Source: an uncultured delta proteobacterium (lineage in GTDB: Bacteria; Myxococcota; Kuafuiibacteriia; Kuafuiibacteriales; Kuafuiibacteriaceae). Taken from it: a DNA stretch of 64,000 nt. The notes beneath the pieces were generated by a model, which was not told where the DNA came from, made no database searches, and saw only the letters and a list, made by a program, of their open reading frames with translations. The position numbers and the translations under genes were made by a program. Where the stretch lies: assembly GCA_963803435.1 (NCBI GenBank), contig CAWDML010000005.1, positions 224,001-288,000 of the forward strand. Direction: 5' to 3'. Of the stretch, positions 52,314-62,103 are shown piece after piece (within the stretch, counting starts at the first letter, position 1; each line of letters starts with the position of its first letter).

Positions 52314-53666
52314 TCACTTCTCCAGGCAGGGATCCTCGACGTCGGTTCGCTCGAAGACGAAGAGGAAGCCTTCCCGCAGCAGCCCACCCATCAGCAGGAA
52401 GCCGCGATCGCCGAGGGCCACCACCCGCGCGCTGTCGACGTTGACGATGTCGATCGGGCAATAGCCTGCGACCGGATCCCAGGATCCCCAGCTGGTACGC
52501 CCATAGAAGAACCCGCGGTTCGTCGGTACGATCGTCCGCACCTGGCTGTCGATCCTCGAGTCGTGCTCGACCTCGAAGTCGCCGTCGTGCTCCCGGATGA
52601 TGCGGCCGTTGCGCGTTCCGACGATGAGCCCGAGCCCGGGGATGAAGGCGACTGCGGTCGGCCGCTCGCCCTCGGGCATGCCCACGAGGCTCAGCACGTT
52701 GTCCCGATAGCGGAGGAGCTGGTTGCTGTCTGTCGAGATGCCGCTCGCCACCGCCTCATTGGTCTTGATCCACGCGACGCTGTACGCACCGTACTCGAAG
52801 TTGATCTCGCCCATGCCGACGCCGCGGGCCAGCTGCCTCCAGCCGGTGCCGTCGAACCGCTCGAGAGGGCCCTGGAAGCTGGTGCGGTAGATCTCGGTGG
52901 GTCCCACGCGCGCGCCGTCCACCAGCGTGAGATCGGAGATCGTGGCCCCTCTCGTCTGCACGATCGACATGCCCACCTCGGGATCGCCGTGGGCCACCGT
53001 CCCGTCGCGTCCGACCATCCAGAGGGTTCCATCGTTGGCCTCGAACCCGGCGCGGTTGGGCGTATCCGTCGAGATCTGCGTGAGCTGGCGGGCGTTGCGA
53101 TCGGCGTCGAGCTCGTAGAACGTCCCGTCGGCGTTCGCGACGATGGCCTTGCCGTTCTTCCGCGGCACGATGGCGGTGGGCGTCGACGTCCCCACCGTGA
53201 ACGTCGCGTCCAGCGGCGCGAGCCGGATGCCGTACAGGCGGCAGAGGTTCCGCTCCGGCAGCTCGACGCTCCGGAGCGCGTCGTCGATCTCGGTGGCGTC
53301 GGCGTCGGCCCAGGGCGTCTGCTCGGCCCCGTCGTGTGACGAGAGCACCGACCGGGGCGCAGGCAGCTCCAGGCGCGGGGCCGGCTCGGCGAGGAGCGAT
53401 TGTCGCCCCGCCTTCAGGCCCAGCACGTCGAGCGGACACGTGAAGTTGACCGAGTACAGATCGATCTCTCGGGGACGCGTGAACGTGGGAAACGCCGGGG
53501 CGCTCCCATCCCCGGGGACGTCGACCGCGAACGCCAGCCGGTAGCCGTCCGCCACCGCGAACAGGAGCATGCTCTTCGTCCCGGCCGGAGGCTCGGGCGG
53601 GTCGAGCGAGGTGGTGGCGTGGCAGCCCCCGATCGACAGGACCACCGCCAGCAGCGAGCGCTTCAC
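52314..53666 (-). CDS. Lipoprotein, probable beta-propeller
   Basis: GTG start overlaps the upstream stop (GTGA). Lipobox IGGC; blades LWMVGRDG, LERFDGTGW. Confidence 0.75.
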   Translation of the reverse strand: MKRSLLAVVLSIGGCHATTSLDPPEPPAGTKSMLLFAVADGYRLAFAVDVPGDGSAPAFPTFTRPREIDLYSVNFTCPLDVLGLKAGRQSLLAEPAPRLELPAPRSVLSSHDGAEQTPWADADATEIDDALRSVELPERNLCRLYGIRLAPLDATFTVGTSTPTAIVPRKNGKAIVANADGTFYELDADRNARQLTQISTDTPNRAGFEANDGTLWMVGRDGTVAHGDPEVGMSIVQTRGATISDLTLVDGARVGPTEIYRTSFQGPLERFDGTGWRQLARGVGMGEINFEYGAYSVAWIKTNEAVASGISTDSNQLLRYRDNVLSLVGMPEGERPTAVAFIPGLGLIVGTRNGRIIREHDGDFEVEHDSRIDSQVRTIVPTNRGFFYGRTSWGSWDPVAGYCPIDIVNVDSARVVALGDRGFLLMGGLLREGFLFVFERTDVEDPCLEK

Positions 53667-54826
53667 TGCGCCTCCGGGGTGGAGCCGTCGGCGAGGACGC
53701 TCAGGCCGTACGTGGCGCCGCCCACGGCGAGGCCCACCAGGAGCTGGATCCACGGCACGTCGTCCTCGCGACCGAGGAGCCAGGTGCCGAGCGACCAGGT
53801 CAGCCCGGCGCCGGCGAAGGCAAGGCCCAGCGGGACGATGGCGACGCCGGACGGATTCACCTGCTGCGTGGACCCGACGCGGGAGGGGTCGTACCCGAAG
53901 CTCAGGAACTCGCTCCCCGTGTCGCAGGGGGCGAAGCACGAGGTCTGGGCGTCGCCGTGCTTGGTGATGCCCACGATCGCGATCGCGATCCCGGCCGCAC
54001 CGAGCGCCACGCCGCCCCAGATCGTCGCCTGTCGTACCACCCCGACGCCGTTCGTCTGCACCACGCCGAGGGCCGCGTCGACGTGCGCGGTCTGGCGGCG
54101 CGAGACGTCGACGGTGGTGCGGAACGGCAGGTATCCCGGGTGCTCGATCTCGATCGTGCGCGTACCGGGCGTGGTCCCCGCCAGCACGGTCGTATCGGCG
54201 CCGGTCACTCCGACGCTCTCTCCGTCGAGCTTGATCGCCGCCCCTTCGACCTCGCAGGCGATCTCGATGTCCCCGTACGGCTCCCAGTGTCCGGCCTCCT
54301 CGAGCTTGGCGGCGAGATCGCGCGTGAACGCGGTGGCCAGGAAGGTGGCGGCCTCCTGCGCGTCGCGCACCTCGCTGCGGAGCGGGGGACCCAGCACCGC
54401 CTGCTCGCTGATCGTGGCCTCCACCTCGTCCTGCCAGCCGGGACGCCGCGCGGCGTCGCGGTGAATGCGGACGGCCGTCGCGAGGTCGACCAACGTCAGC
54501 GAGATCCGGTCCGCCTGCTCGGCGACCGAGACGTTGGAGACGAGGAGCAGATAGCGCGGCTGGTCGGGCGCCTCGCTGCGCCGAGACTTCAGCGCCAGGC
54601 AGGTCAACCGGCCCTTGCAGTCCTCGACCACCAGCTCGTCGAGATCCTGCGGGAAGAAGTCGGTGTGCCGCTTGATCAGATCGCTCGTGATCCGGATGAG
54701 CTCCGACTTGCTGGTCTCCGCCACCTGGCCGGTCGGCGTGCTGACCACCAGCATCAGGGGTACGCGCTCCTGGACGTTGAGCACCTGGGGCTCACCGATC
54801 GTCAGGAGCAGCGCCGCCGGCCACAC
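53663..54826 (-). CDS. PEGA-domain protein with C-terminal TM helices
   Basis: GAAIKLDGESVG...PGTRTIEIEHPGY PEGA signature. Confidence 0.8.
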   Translation of the reverse strand: MWPAALLLTIGEPQVLNVQERVPLMLVVSTPTGQVAETSKSELIRITSDLIKRHTDFFPQDLDELVVEDCKGRLTCLALKSRRSEAPDQPRYLLLVSNVSVAEQADRISLTLVDLATAVRIHRDAARRPGWQDEVEATISEQAVLGPPLRSEVRDAQEAATFLATAFTRDLAAKLEEAGHWEPYGDIEIACEVEGAAIKLDGESVGVTGADTTVLAGTTPGTRTIEIEHPGYLPFRTTVDVSRRQTAHVDAALGVVQTNGVGVVRQATIWGGVALGAAGIAIAIVGITKHGDAQTSCFAPCDTGSEFLSFGYDPSRVGSTQQVNPSGVAIVPLGLAFAGAGLTWSLGTWLLGREDDVPWIQLLVGLAVGGATYGLSVLADGSTPEAQ

Positions 54827-54884
54827 GCCGGAGATCCTAGTCTGGAACCAAAGCGGCGAGCAAAGCCGGGGTGGACCCGGCCGG

Positions 54885-56294
54885 CTACTCGTCGCTCTTC
54901 TTGTCGGCCTCCAGCTTGCGGTAGATCGTCCGCGCCGCGATCCCCAGGAGCTGGGCGGCCAGGCTCTTGTCGCCGTCGGTCTCCCGGAGCGTCTCGCGGA
55001 TCATGACCCGCTCGACCTCCTCGAGTTTGGTCCCGATCGGGATCACGACGCTCGCGCCCTGTCGCTGGATGGAGTCGGAGCGCTGGTCGGCCCGCTGGAG
55101 CGGTCCTGGAAGATCGCGCGGGCTGATGACCTCGTTCCGCGTGAGCACGACGGCCCGCTCGATCACGTTCTCGAGCTCGCGGACGTTGCCCGGCCAGCGG
55201 TAGCGGCGCAGGGTCTCGCGGGCCTCGTCGGTCATGCCTTCGATGCGCTTGTTGTTCTTCTTGGCGTAGAGCCGGACGAAGTGCTCGGCGATCAGCGGGA
55301 TATCCTCGGGGCGCTCGCGCAGCGGCGGGAGCTCGATGGCGATGACGTTGAGGCGGTAGAAGAGATCCTCGCGGAACTTGCCCTCGCGAACCTCGCTCTC
55401 GAGATCGCGGTTGGTGGCGGCCACCAGGCGGAAGTCGACGCGGATGGTCTCGTTCCCGCCGACGCGCTCGAACTCCGACTCCTGGAGCACCCGCAGCAGC
55501 TTGGCCTGCACGGCCGGAGAGAGCTCGCCGACCTCGTCGAGGAAGAGCGTGCCGCCCTGCGCGCGCTCGATGCGGCCCTCCTTCTTCTGGCCGGCTCCGG
55601 TGAACGCGCCCTTCTCGTGTCCGAAGAGCTCCGACTCCAGGATGGCCTCGGGGAGCGCGGCGCAGTTCACGATCACCATCGGACCGCCGACGCGCGGCGA
55701 CTGCTCGTGGATCGCGCGCGCCAGGAGCTCCTTGCCGGTGCCGGACTCGCCGTGGAGGAGCACGGTGGCGGTGCTCGGCGCGGACTGCTGGACCAGCTCC
55801 ATCGTCGCCAGCATCGCCGGCGAGCGGCCGATGATCGGGCGTCCGCGCACGCTGTCGGGGGACGCCTCGGCCAGCTCCTTCCGGAGCATCACGTTCTCGG
55901 CCCGCAGCGACTGGGCCTCGAGGGCGCGCTCGACCACGCGCTTGATCAGCGCCGACTTGAACGGCTTCTGGATGAAGTCGTACGCGCCCTCGCGCATCGC
56001 CTCCACCGCCGCCTCCACAGTGCCATAGGCGGTCATCACGATGACGTCGACCTCGGGCCGGATCGCGCGCGCGGCGCGGAGGAGCTCCTGGCCGGTCATG
56101 CCGGGCATCATCAGATCGGAGAGGATGAGCTGGACCCGCTCCTTGCGGACAATCTCGAGCGCCAGCTCTCCCGAGGGCGCGGTGTGGACCTCGGCGCCGT
56201 CCTTCTCGAAGAGACGGCGCAGCGAGATGAGGTGCTCGGCTTCATCGTCGGCGACGAGGAGAACGGCGCCTTCCAGGTTGGACTTCTCCGACAC
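54885..56294 (-). CDS. sigma54-dependent response regulator (NtrC/AtoC family)
   Basis: REC (ADDE, DLMMP, TAYG, KP), [25 protein letters not shown]. Confidence 0.95.
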   Translation of the reverse strand: MSEKSNLEGAVLLVADDEAEHLISLRRLFEKDGAEVHTAPSGELALEIVRKERVQLILSDLMMPGMTGQELLRAARAIRPEVDVIVMTAYGTVEAAVEAMREGAYDFIQKPFKSALIKRVVERALEAQSLRAENVMLRKELAEASPDSVRGRPIIGRSPAMLATMELVQQSAPSTATVLLHGESGTGKELLARAIHEQSPRVGGPMVIVNCAALPEAILESELFGHEKGAFTGAGQKKEGRIERAQGGTLFLDEVGELSPAVQAKLLRVLQESEFERVGGNETIRVDFRLVAATNRDLESEVREGKFREDLFYRLNVIAIELPPLRERPEDIPLIAEHFVRLYAKKNNKRIEGMTDEARETLRRYRWPGNVRELENVIERAVVLTRNEVISPRDLPGPLQRADQRSDSIQRQGASVVIPIGTKLEEVERVMIRETLRETDGDKSLAAQLLGIAARTIYRKLEADKKSDE

Positions 56295-56337
56295 GTCGTT
56301 TTGCGCTCGTCAGGCGGGCAACACCCCCGCCGATCGA

Positions 56338-58950
56338 TCAATTCCGGCGGCGGCGCAGGAAGAGGGCGGCCAGGAGCAGGAGCCCGGCCGGGAGCCCGGC
56401 GCTGCTGCGCGTGGTGGTGCAGCCGCACGCGCCCGCTTCGTCGCCCGCGCTGGCGCCGCTGAGCCCGAGCCGCACGCGTGCGATCTTGCTCTCGTTCCGG
56501 GCGGCGTCGCGGGCCTTCAGCTCGAGCGCGTCGGTGCCGCCGAGGTCGGCCAGCTCGATGGCCGCCATCGCCGAGGTGGCACCCGTCCGCAGCACCGGAA
56601 CCTCGAACCAGTCGTCGGTGGTCCGGGCGAACAGCCGGAGCGTGGAGCCGTCGGTCGTCAGCGCGTCCTCGATCCGGACCTCGACCGCGTGCTCGCCGAT
56701 GGTGGCGGACACCCGCGGCGGGACCGGATCGACGGTGGCCTCCAGCGAGACCGGCGTGGGGTCGAGCGTCTCGTAGTCGTCGGCGTAGCGGGCGCGGACG
56801 TCGATCGTGTGGTGCCCGGGCATCTTCAGCTTGGGATCGGCGACCACGATCGTGCCGTCCGGATGCGCGGTCATCGCCGAGCGCCACAGGCCGTTGTCGG
56901 TCCGGACCTGGTACTCGAGCCCGGCCAGGAGCGACGAGGAGCGCCCCCCGCCGACGTCGAGCCGGACGCGGCCGGTCGAGTGGTTCACGCCGTCGATCCG
57001 ATCGATGAGCTCGGGATCGTCGTGGAGCGCGGCGAAGGTCTCGGCGGATCGTGAGAGGTTCCCGCCGGGCGTGTCGGTGAACGTCATCGTCAGCGTCAGG
57101 TAGTCCTGCTGCACGCCGTCGCGGAAGATGTCGTTGATGCGCATGTAGATCGGCGCACCGCCGAGCGCGTTGGAGACCGCGTCCGTGAGGTCGACGTCGA
57201 AGACCAGCGCCTGGTTGAGAACCGCGCCCAGGGCCAGGTCGAGCAGCGTGGGCAGGACCTCCGCGAAGTCGGCGTTGGGGAGCAGCTCGTTGAACTCCTC
57301 GTCGAAGTTGTCGATGCGGAGCTCACCGACCGCGACCTCCAGGGAGTTGTCGGGGAGGATGTTGACGTTGAGGCCCACGAAGACGTCGGCGGTGACCTCG
57401 AAGATGCGGACGTAGCGATCGTGGATCAGCACGTGGAACGCGATCCCGATCTGCTCCAGTCGCAGCTTCAGCAGCCAGTCGTAGATGTCCTTGCCCATGT
57501 TGTCCTGGCCGATCAGGTCGCCGGAGCCGAGCTCGATCCAGCCCGGCTTGCGCGGCTTGAGCTCGAGGATCACCGGCGCGGTGTCTTCCGCGACCTTCGA
57601 CAGATCCGAGGCGAGGATCGAGAGCAGGGAGGCGTTGAGCGTGAACTTGCCGCCGGTGAGCTCGCGGATGTCGGCGCTGCCCAGCTTGATGCAGAGCGAG
57701 CCGGACCGGTGGGCCGAGTAGAGGACCTGGTTCAGGAAGCTCGAGGCGAGCGTGGCGCCCACGTGGTAGGGGCGACCCATCGAGTCGGTGCCGGCGAGGA
57801 CGGGCACCGGCCCGCGGGTGGAGACGAAGTCGTCGAGGTCGCCGATGCAGTCGGCGATCGGGCCCTCGGCGCCGCCGTCCAGCGTGAGCTCCATGCCGAG
57901 CCCGTTGCCGCGATCGAGGACCGGGAAGCGGCCCGGCTCGGGCGCGACCAGCACGCCGATGGGGTTCGCACCCTTGAGCGCGGCGATGCCGGCGACGTCG
58001 GCCAGCGCCAGCTGCGTCTCCAGCTTGGCGGAGCTGCCGTTGAGCCCGTTGAGGGCGTCGGAGACGATGTTCTCCACGATCGGGCGCAGGAGGTTGTTGA
58101 GGAGCGGCTTGATCAGATCGATCAGCGCGCCCACCAGGCTGAGGAGGCCGTCGGTGATGCCGCCGCAGAAGATGTCGCACTCGCCGCAGGCACCGCCCGG
58201 ATCGAGGCAAGTGCCGAAGGCATCGAGGACGCAGTCCTGGCACTCGGGCTCGCTGCAGTAGTCGCCCACGTGGATGTCCAGGTCGTTGATCGAGGCGTCC
58301 CCGACGTTCACCTGGACGTCGAGGTCGTAGTCCGGCTGCGGGCCCACGCCGGGATCGATGAGGGCGTCGATCGAGATCTCGGCCGCGTGGTTGAGCGGCC
58401 CCGGGCCGAACGGTCCCAGATCACCGACGATCGGACACGAGCTGGTGGTCCCGGCCACGTCCTCGTGGAGGTTCATCCGCACGCCCAGACGCATGTTGGT
58501 GAGCATGAGGTGGACGTCGTTCGGCTCCTCGAAGCGGATGTCGAGGCGGTTGCTGAGGTCGTCGAGCCAGATGAGGGCCTCGCCGTTGCGGAGCTTGGCG
58601 TCCGCGACGCCGACGTCGAAGAGATCCTGGTTGGGGATCGGGATGTGGATGACGCCGTCGCCGTCGATGGAGAGACCTGCGGTCTGCCCGATCTGCGACT
58701 GGATCAGCCCGGGGAGCTGCGGTTTGATGAAGTCGAGAAAGTCTTGCGTGATGCGGACCCGGACCGATTCGTTCTGGACGATCGCGTCGGGCCGGTTGGG
58801 ATCGTTGATCGGGTACTGGTAGGAGCCGTCGCCGCACCCGCCGCACCCGCCTCCGCCTCCGCAGCCGCCGCCGCCGCTGCAGGACATGGCGAGCAACAGG
58901 CCCGCGGCCGCGAGCTTCGCCAAAAGGCTGGGGAGGCGACGGGAGGGCAT
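56338..58950 (-). CDS. Large lipoprotein with MYXO-CTERM, possible BPI/LBP-like fold
   Basis: Lipobox AMSC then Gly/Cys run. C-terminus ACGCTT...LLLLAALFLRRRRN. VRITQDFLDF motif. Confidence 0.8.
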   Translation of the reverse strand: MPSRRLPSLLAKLAAAGLLLAMSCSGGGGCGGGGGCGGCGDGSYQYPINDPNRPDAIVQNESVRVRITQDFLDFIKPQLPGLIQSQIGQTAGLSIDGDGVIHIPIPNQDLFDVGVADAKLRNGEALIWLDDLSNRLDIRFEEPNDVHLMLTNMRLGVRMNLHEDVAGTTSSCPIVGDLGPFGPGPLNHAAEISIDALIDPGVGPQPDYDLDVQVNVGDASINDLDIHVGDYCSEPECQDCVLDAFGTCLDPGGACGECDIFCGGITDGLLSLVGALIDLIKPLLNNLLRPIVENIVSDALNGLNGSSAKLETQLALADVAGIAALKGANPIGVLVAPEPGRFPVLDRGNGLGMELTLDGGAEGPIADCIGDLDDFVSTRGPVPVLAGTDSMGRPYHVGATLASSFLNQVLYSAHRSGSLCIKLGSADIRELTGGKFTLNASLLSILASDLSKVAEDTAPVILELKPRKPGWIELGSGDLIGQDNMGKDIYDWLLKLRLEQIGIAFHVLIHDRYVRIFEVTADVFVGLNVNILPDNSLEVAVGELRIDNFDEEFNELLPNADFAEVLPTLLDLALGAVLNQALVFDVDLTDAVSNALGGAPIYMRINDIFRDGVQQDYLTLTMTFTDTPGGNLSRSAETFAALHDDPELIDRIDGVNHSTGRVRLDVGGGRSSSLLAGLEYQVRTDNGLWRSAMTAHPDGTIVVADPKLKMPGHHTIDVRARYADDYETLDPTPVSLEATVDPVPPRVSATIGEHAVEVRIEDALTTDGSTLRLFARTTDDWFEVPVLRTGATSAMAAIELADLGGTDALELKARDAARNESKIARVRLGLSGASAGDEAGACGCTTTRSSAGLPAGLLLLAALFLRRRRN

Positions 58951-59059
58951 TGGAAGATCATCGTAGGTTGTCCCCCAAGTGTGCGTCAAAGCGTCACATG
59001 GCGTCAGTTGACCGGTATACTTCCCCCCTACAGCCCGGAGTGCTCAGATTCGCCCCGTC

Positions 59060-59779
59060 ATGAGCGGCGACGACGACCGTGAGAACGACCCGATGGCCCC
59101 GGAGGCTTGGTACGCGGAGCCGGAGGTGTGCGGGAGCTGCATCGCGTGGCGGCCGGGCGAGGCCAAGCCGGGCGATGAGGTCGCCACCGGATCGTGCCGC
59201 CTGCGCCCCGAGCTCGGCCGCGTACCGGCGTCGCTGAAGCTGTGCAACCTCTACAAGCCGCGGGGCCAGTTCGTGTACCTGCCGAAGAAGGAGAAGGAGC
59301 CGAGGCGGCGCCGGGCGGCCGCGCCCAAGGTGCTCCGCCGCTCCGAGGCCGGAGAGATGGTGGAGACCGCGCCGCCGCCGGTCGCGTACGTGCGCAAGGA
59401 GGCACCGCCCGAAGAGACGTACGTGCCGCCGAAGGACATCGACCTCGGCGACGATGCAAGCCTTCCTGCAGTCCGCGCCACCTTCCGCGACCTGATCCGC
59501 GAGGAGCTCGGCAACAGCCGGCGCGAGATGCAGCGAAAGTTCAAGGGCGGCTCCGTCAAGGTCGCGATCCGGACCGGGCCGTACCTCGAGCATGCCCCCG
59601 ACCTGCTCTTCGCCGTCCTCGATCGGCTCAAGTCCTCGCTCGACACGCTGGAGGAGAAGCTCGAGCATCACCCGCAGCTGAACGGCGAGGTGGAGCAGGT
59701 GAAGCGGATCCGTGGCAGCTTCACGACGTTCAACGTGATCTGGGCGGATCGCGAGGATTACTTCACCGGGAAGGAATAG
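59060..59779 (+). CDS. Hypothetical protein with N-terminal Cys cluster
   Basis: CGSC...C...C, C-terminal GSFTTFNV, strong GC3 bias. Confidence 0.75.
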   Translation: MSGDDDRENDPMAPEAWYAEPEVCGSCIAWRPGEAKPGDEVATGSCRLRPELGRVPASLKLCNLYKPRGQFVYLPKKEKEPRRRRAAAPKVLRRSEAGEMVETAPPPVAYVRKEAPPEETYVPPKDIDLGDDASLPAVRATFRDLIREELGNSRREMQRKFKGGSVKVAIRTGPYLEHAPDLLFAVLDRLKSSLDTLEEKLEHHPQLNGEVEQVKRIRGSFTTFNVIWADREDYFTGKE

Positions 59780-59821
59780 TCCGTTGACTGCGCCAACCCT
59801 TGGGGATGAAAAGGCAAGCCC

Positions 59822-61411
59822 GTGATTCCGCGCGAGAAGGACAACGTCGTCTACATCGACTCCGACAGCGCTCCGCGCATCATCCACTCCGGTGAGGACT
59901 TCCTGTACGAGCACCTGCCGATCGGCACCCGGGTCGTCTATCCCAACCCCCCGATGCGCGGGCTCCCCCACCCCGACGCCGCCATCCGCTACGCGCTCAA
60001 TCACCCCGAGCAAATGGAGCCGCTGCACGCATTGCTCGAGCCCTCGATGAAGGTGTGCATCGTCCTCGACGACATCTCGCTGCCGCTCCCCCGGATGGTG
60101 CTCCCCGACGTCCGCCAGCGCGTCCTCGAGATCGTGCTGGGGATGTGCGGGGACCACGGCGTCGACGACATCGACCTCCTGATCGCGAACGCGCTCCACC
60201 GCCGTATGACGCCGGACGAGATGAAGCGGATGGTCGGGAGCAAGATCTTCGAGCGCTTCTACCCGAAGCGGTACCTCAACCACGACGCCGAGGATCCGGA
60301 GGCGATCGTCACCATCGGCGAGACCGAGCAGGGCGAGGTGGTCAAGACGCACCGCCTCTGCGCCGAGGCCGACCTGGTCATCTACGTGAACATCAACTTC
60401 GTGCCCATGGACGGCGGGCACAAGTCGATGGGGATCGGCACCACCGACTATCAGGGGCTCAAGGCCCACCACAACCCGAAGACCATGCTCGACTGCGACT
60501 CGTACATGGATCCGAAGAAGAGCGAGCTGGCCAACAGCGGCAACCGGATCGGACGCGTCATCGATCAGCACCTCAAGGTCTTCCACATCGAGACCGCCCT
60601 CAACAACCGGATGTACGACCGGAAGATGGAGTTCCTCGGAAAGAACGAAGACGACTTCTCCGAGTTCGATCGGTTGGCCTTCCAGTCGCTACGCTGGACG
60701 CTCAAGCGGGTCCCGCGGGCCGCCAAGCGCGAGGTGTTCCACCGCGTGCCCGCACCCTACGAGCTGATCGCGGTGCACGCGGGCGCCACCGAGCCCACGC
60801 ACGAGAAGATCCTGGCGAAGAACTTCGAGCAGTACTCGGTCCCGCTGAAGGGCCAGTGCGATGTCTTGATCGCCGGCGTACCGTTCATCAGCCCGTACAA
60901 CGTCAACTCGATCCTAAACCCGCTCTTGGTCCAGGTGATGACCTGCGGCTATCTCTACAACCTCTACCGGGGCGCGCCGGTCGTGCGCGACGGCGGCGTG
61001 GTGATCCTGGCGCATCCGCTTCACGACGACTGGGACCAGCGGTTCCATCCCAGCTACATCGAGTTCTTTCACCGCTGCCTGCCGGAGACGCGCGACTCGT
61101 TCCAGCTGCACAAGCGATTCGAGCGCGAGTTCGCCGAGAATCCCACGTACATCGAGATGTACCGCCGCGGAAACGCGTATCACGGCGCCCATCCCTTCTA
61201 CATGTGGTACTGGGGGGACGCAGGGAGAAAGCGGATCGGCAAGTTCATCTGCGTGGGCGCCGAGAACGATCACGTGGCGGAGCTGCTCGGCTGGGAGACG
61301 GCGCCGACGCTCCACGACGCGATCGAGCGCGCCAAGGATCTGACGAAGCCGAACCCGGACATCACGATGATGCACATCCCCCCCGTGATGGTTTGTGACG
61401 TGGCGCCTTGA
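59822..61411 (+). CDS. Lactate racemase N-domain (LarA/DUF2088) protein
   Basis: IVLDDISLP, IANALHRRMT, NHDAED, MDGGHKS. Confidence 0.85.
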   Translation: MIPREKDNVVYIDSDSAPRIIHSGEDFLYEHLPIGTRVVYPNPPMRGLPHPDAAIRYALNHPEQMEPLHALLEPSMKVCIVLDDISLPLPRMVLPDVRQRVLEIVLGMCGDHGVDDIDLLIANALHRRMTPDEMKRMVGSKIFERFYPKRYLNHDAEDPEAIVTIGETEQGEVVKTHRLCAEADLVIYVNINFVPMDGGHKSMGIGTTDYQGLKAHHNPKTMLDCDSYMDPKKSELANSGNRIGRVIDQHLKVFHIETALNNRMYDRKMEFLGKNEDDFSEFDRLAFQSLRWTLKRVPRAAKREVFHRVPAPYELIAVHAGATEPTHEKILAKNFEQYSVPLKGQCDVLIAGVPFISPYNVNSILNPLLVQVMTCGYLYNLYRGAPVVRDGGVVILAHPLHDDWDQRFHPSYIEFFHRCLPETRDSFQLHKRFEREFAENPTYIEMYRRGNAYHGAHPFYMWYWGDAGRKRIGKFICVGAENDHVAELLGWETAPTLHDAIERAKDLTKPNPDITMMHIPPVMVCDVAP

Positions 61412-61430
61412 TCCCATGAGGAGCGGAGCG

Positions 61431-62096
61431 ATGCAGCAGAGCGCGGCGTTCTACGACATGGACGGCACCCTGGTCTCGACGAACCTGGTGCACTCGTACC
61501 TGTTCATGTCGATGAACGACGTCTCCATCCCGAAGAGCATCGCCAAGACCGCCGCGGGCATCGCCAAGATCCCGGCGTTCATGGCGGTCGATCAGATCAG
61601 CCGGATCGCGTTCAACGAGATGCTCTTCGCGGGCTTCGCCGGGAGCTTCGAGGATCGCCTCCTCGAGTTCGCCGAGGACCACTTCCAGAAGGTCCTCGAA
61701 CCCAACATCTTCCCGGGCGCCTACGACCTGGTGCAGAACGCCCGGAAGAAAGGCCTGCGCCAGGTGATCGTCAGCGGCAGCGTCGACTTCATGGTGGCGC
61801 CGCTCGCACGTCACCTCGGGATCGACGACATCATCACGAACCGCCTGGAGATGCGGAACGGCGTGGCCACCGGCCGGCTGATCAAGCCGGTGGTCGCCGG
61901 CGCCAACAAGGCGCGCTTCATCCAGGAGTACGCCAAGGCCCACAACCTCGACCTCCTGGAGAGCTACGGCTTCTCCGACAGCTTCTCCGACTATTCCATG
62001 CTGGCCGTGGTCGGCCGTCCGGCCGCCGTCAATCCCGACCGTCGGCTGCGGCGCGCCGCCACCGAGCACCGCTGGCCGATCCTGGACGTGCGCTGA
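61431..62096 (+). CDS. HAD-IB family hydrolase (SerB-like)
   Basis: FYDMDGTL, IVSGS, K, SDSFSD, AVNPD. Confidence 0.9.
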   Translation: MQQSAAFYDMDGTLVSTNLVHSYLFMSMNDVSIPKSIAKTAAGIAKIPAFMAVDQISRIAFNEMLFAGFAGSFEDRLLEFAEDHFQKVLEPNIFPGAYDLVQNARKKGLRQVIVSGSVDFMVAPLARHLGIDDIITNRLEMRNGVATGRLIKPVVAGANKARFIQEYAKAHNLDLLESYGFSDSFSDYSMLAVVGRPAAVNPDRRLRRAATEHRWPILDVR

Positions 62097-62103
62097 GGGT
62101 CTG

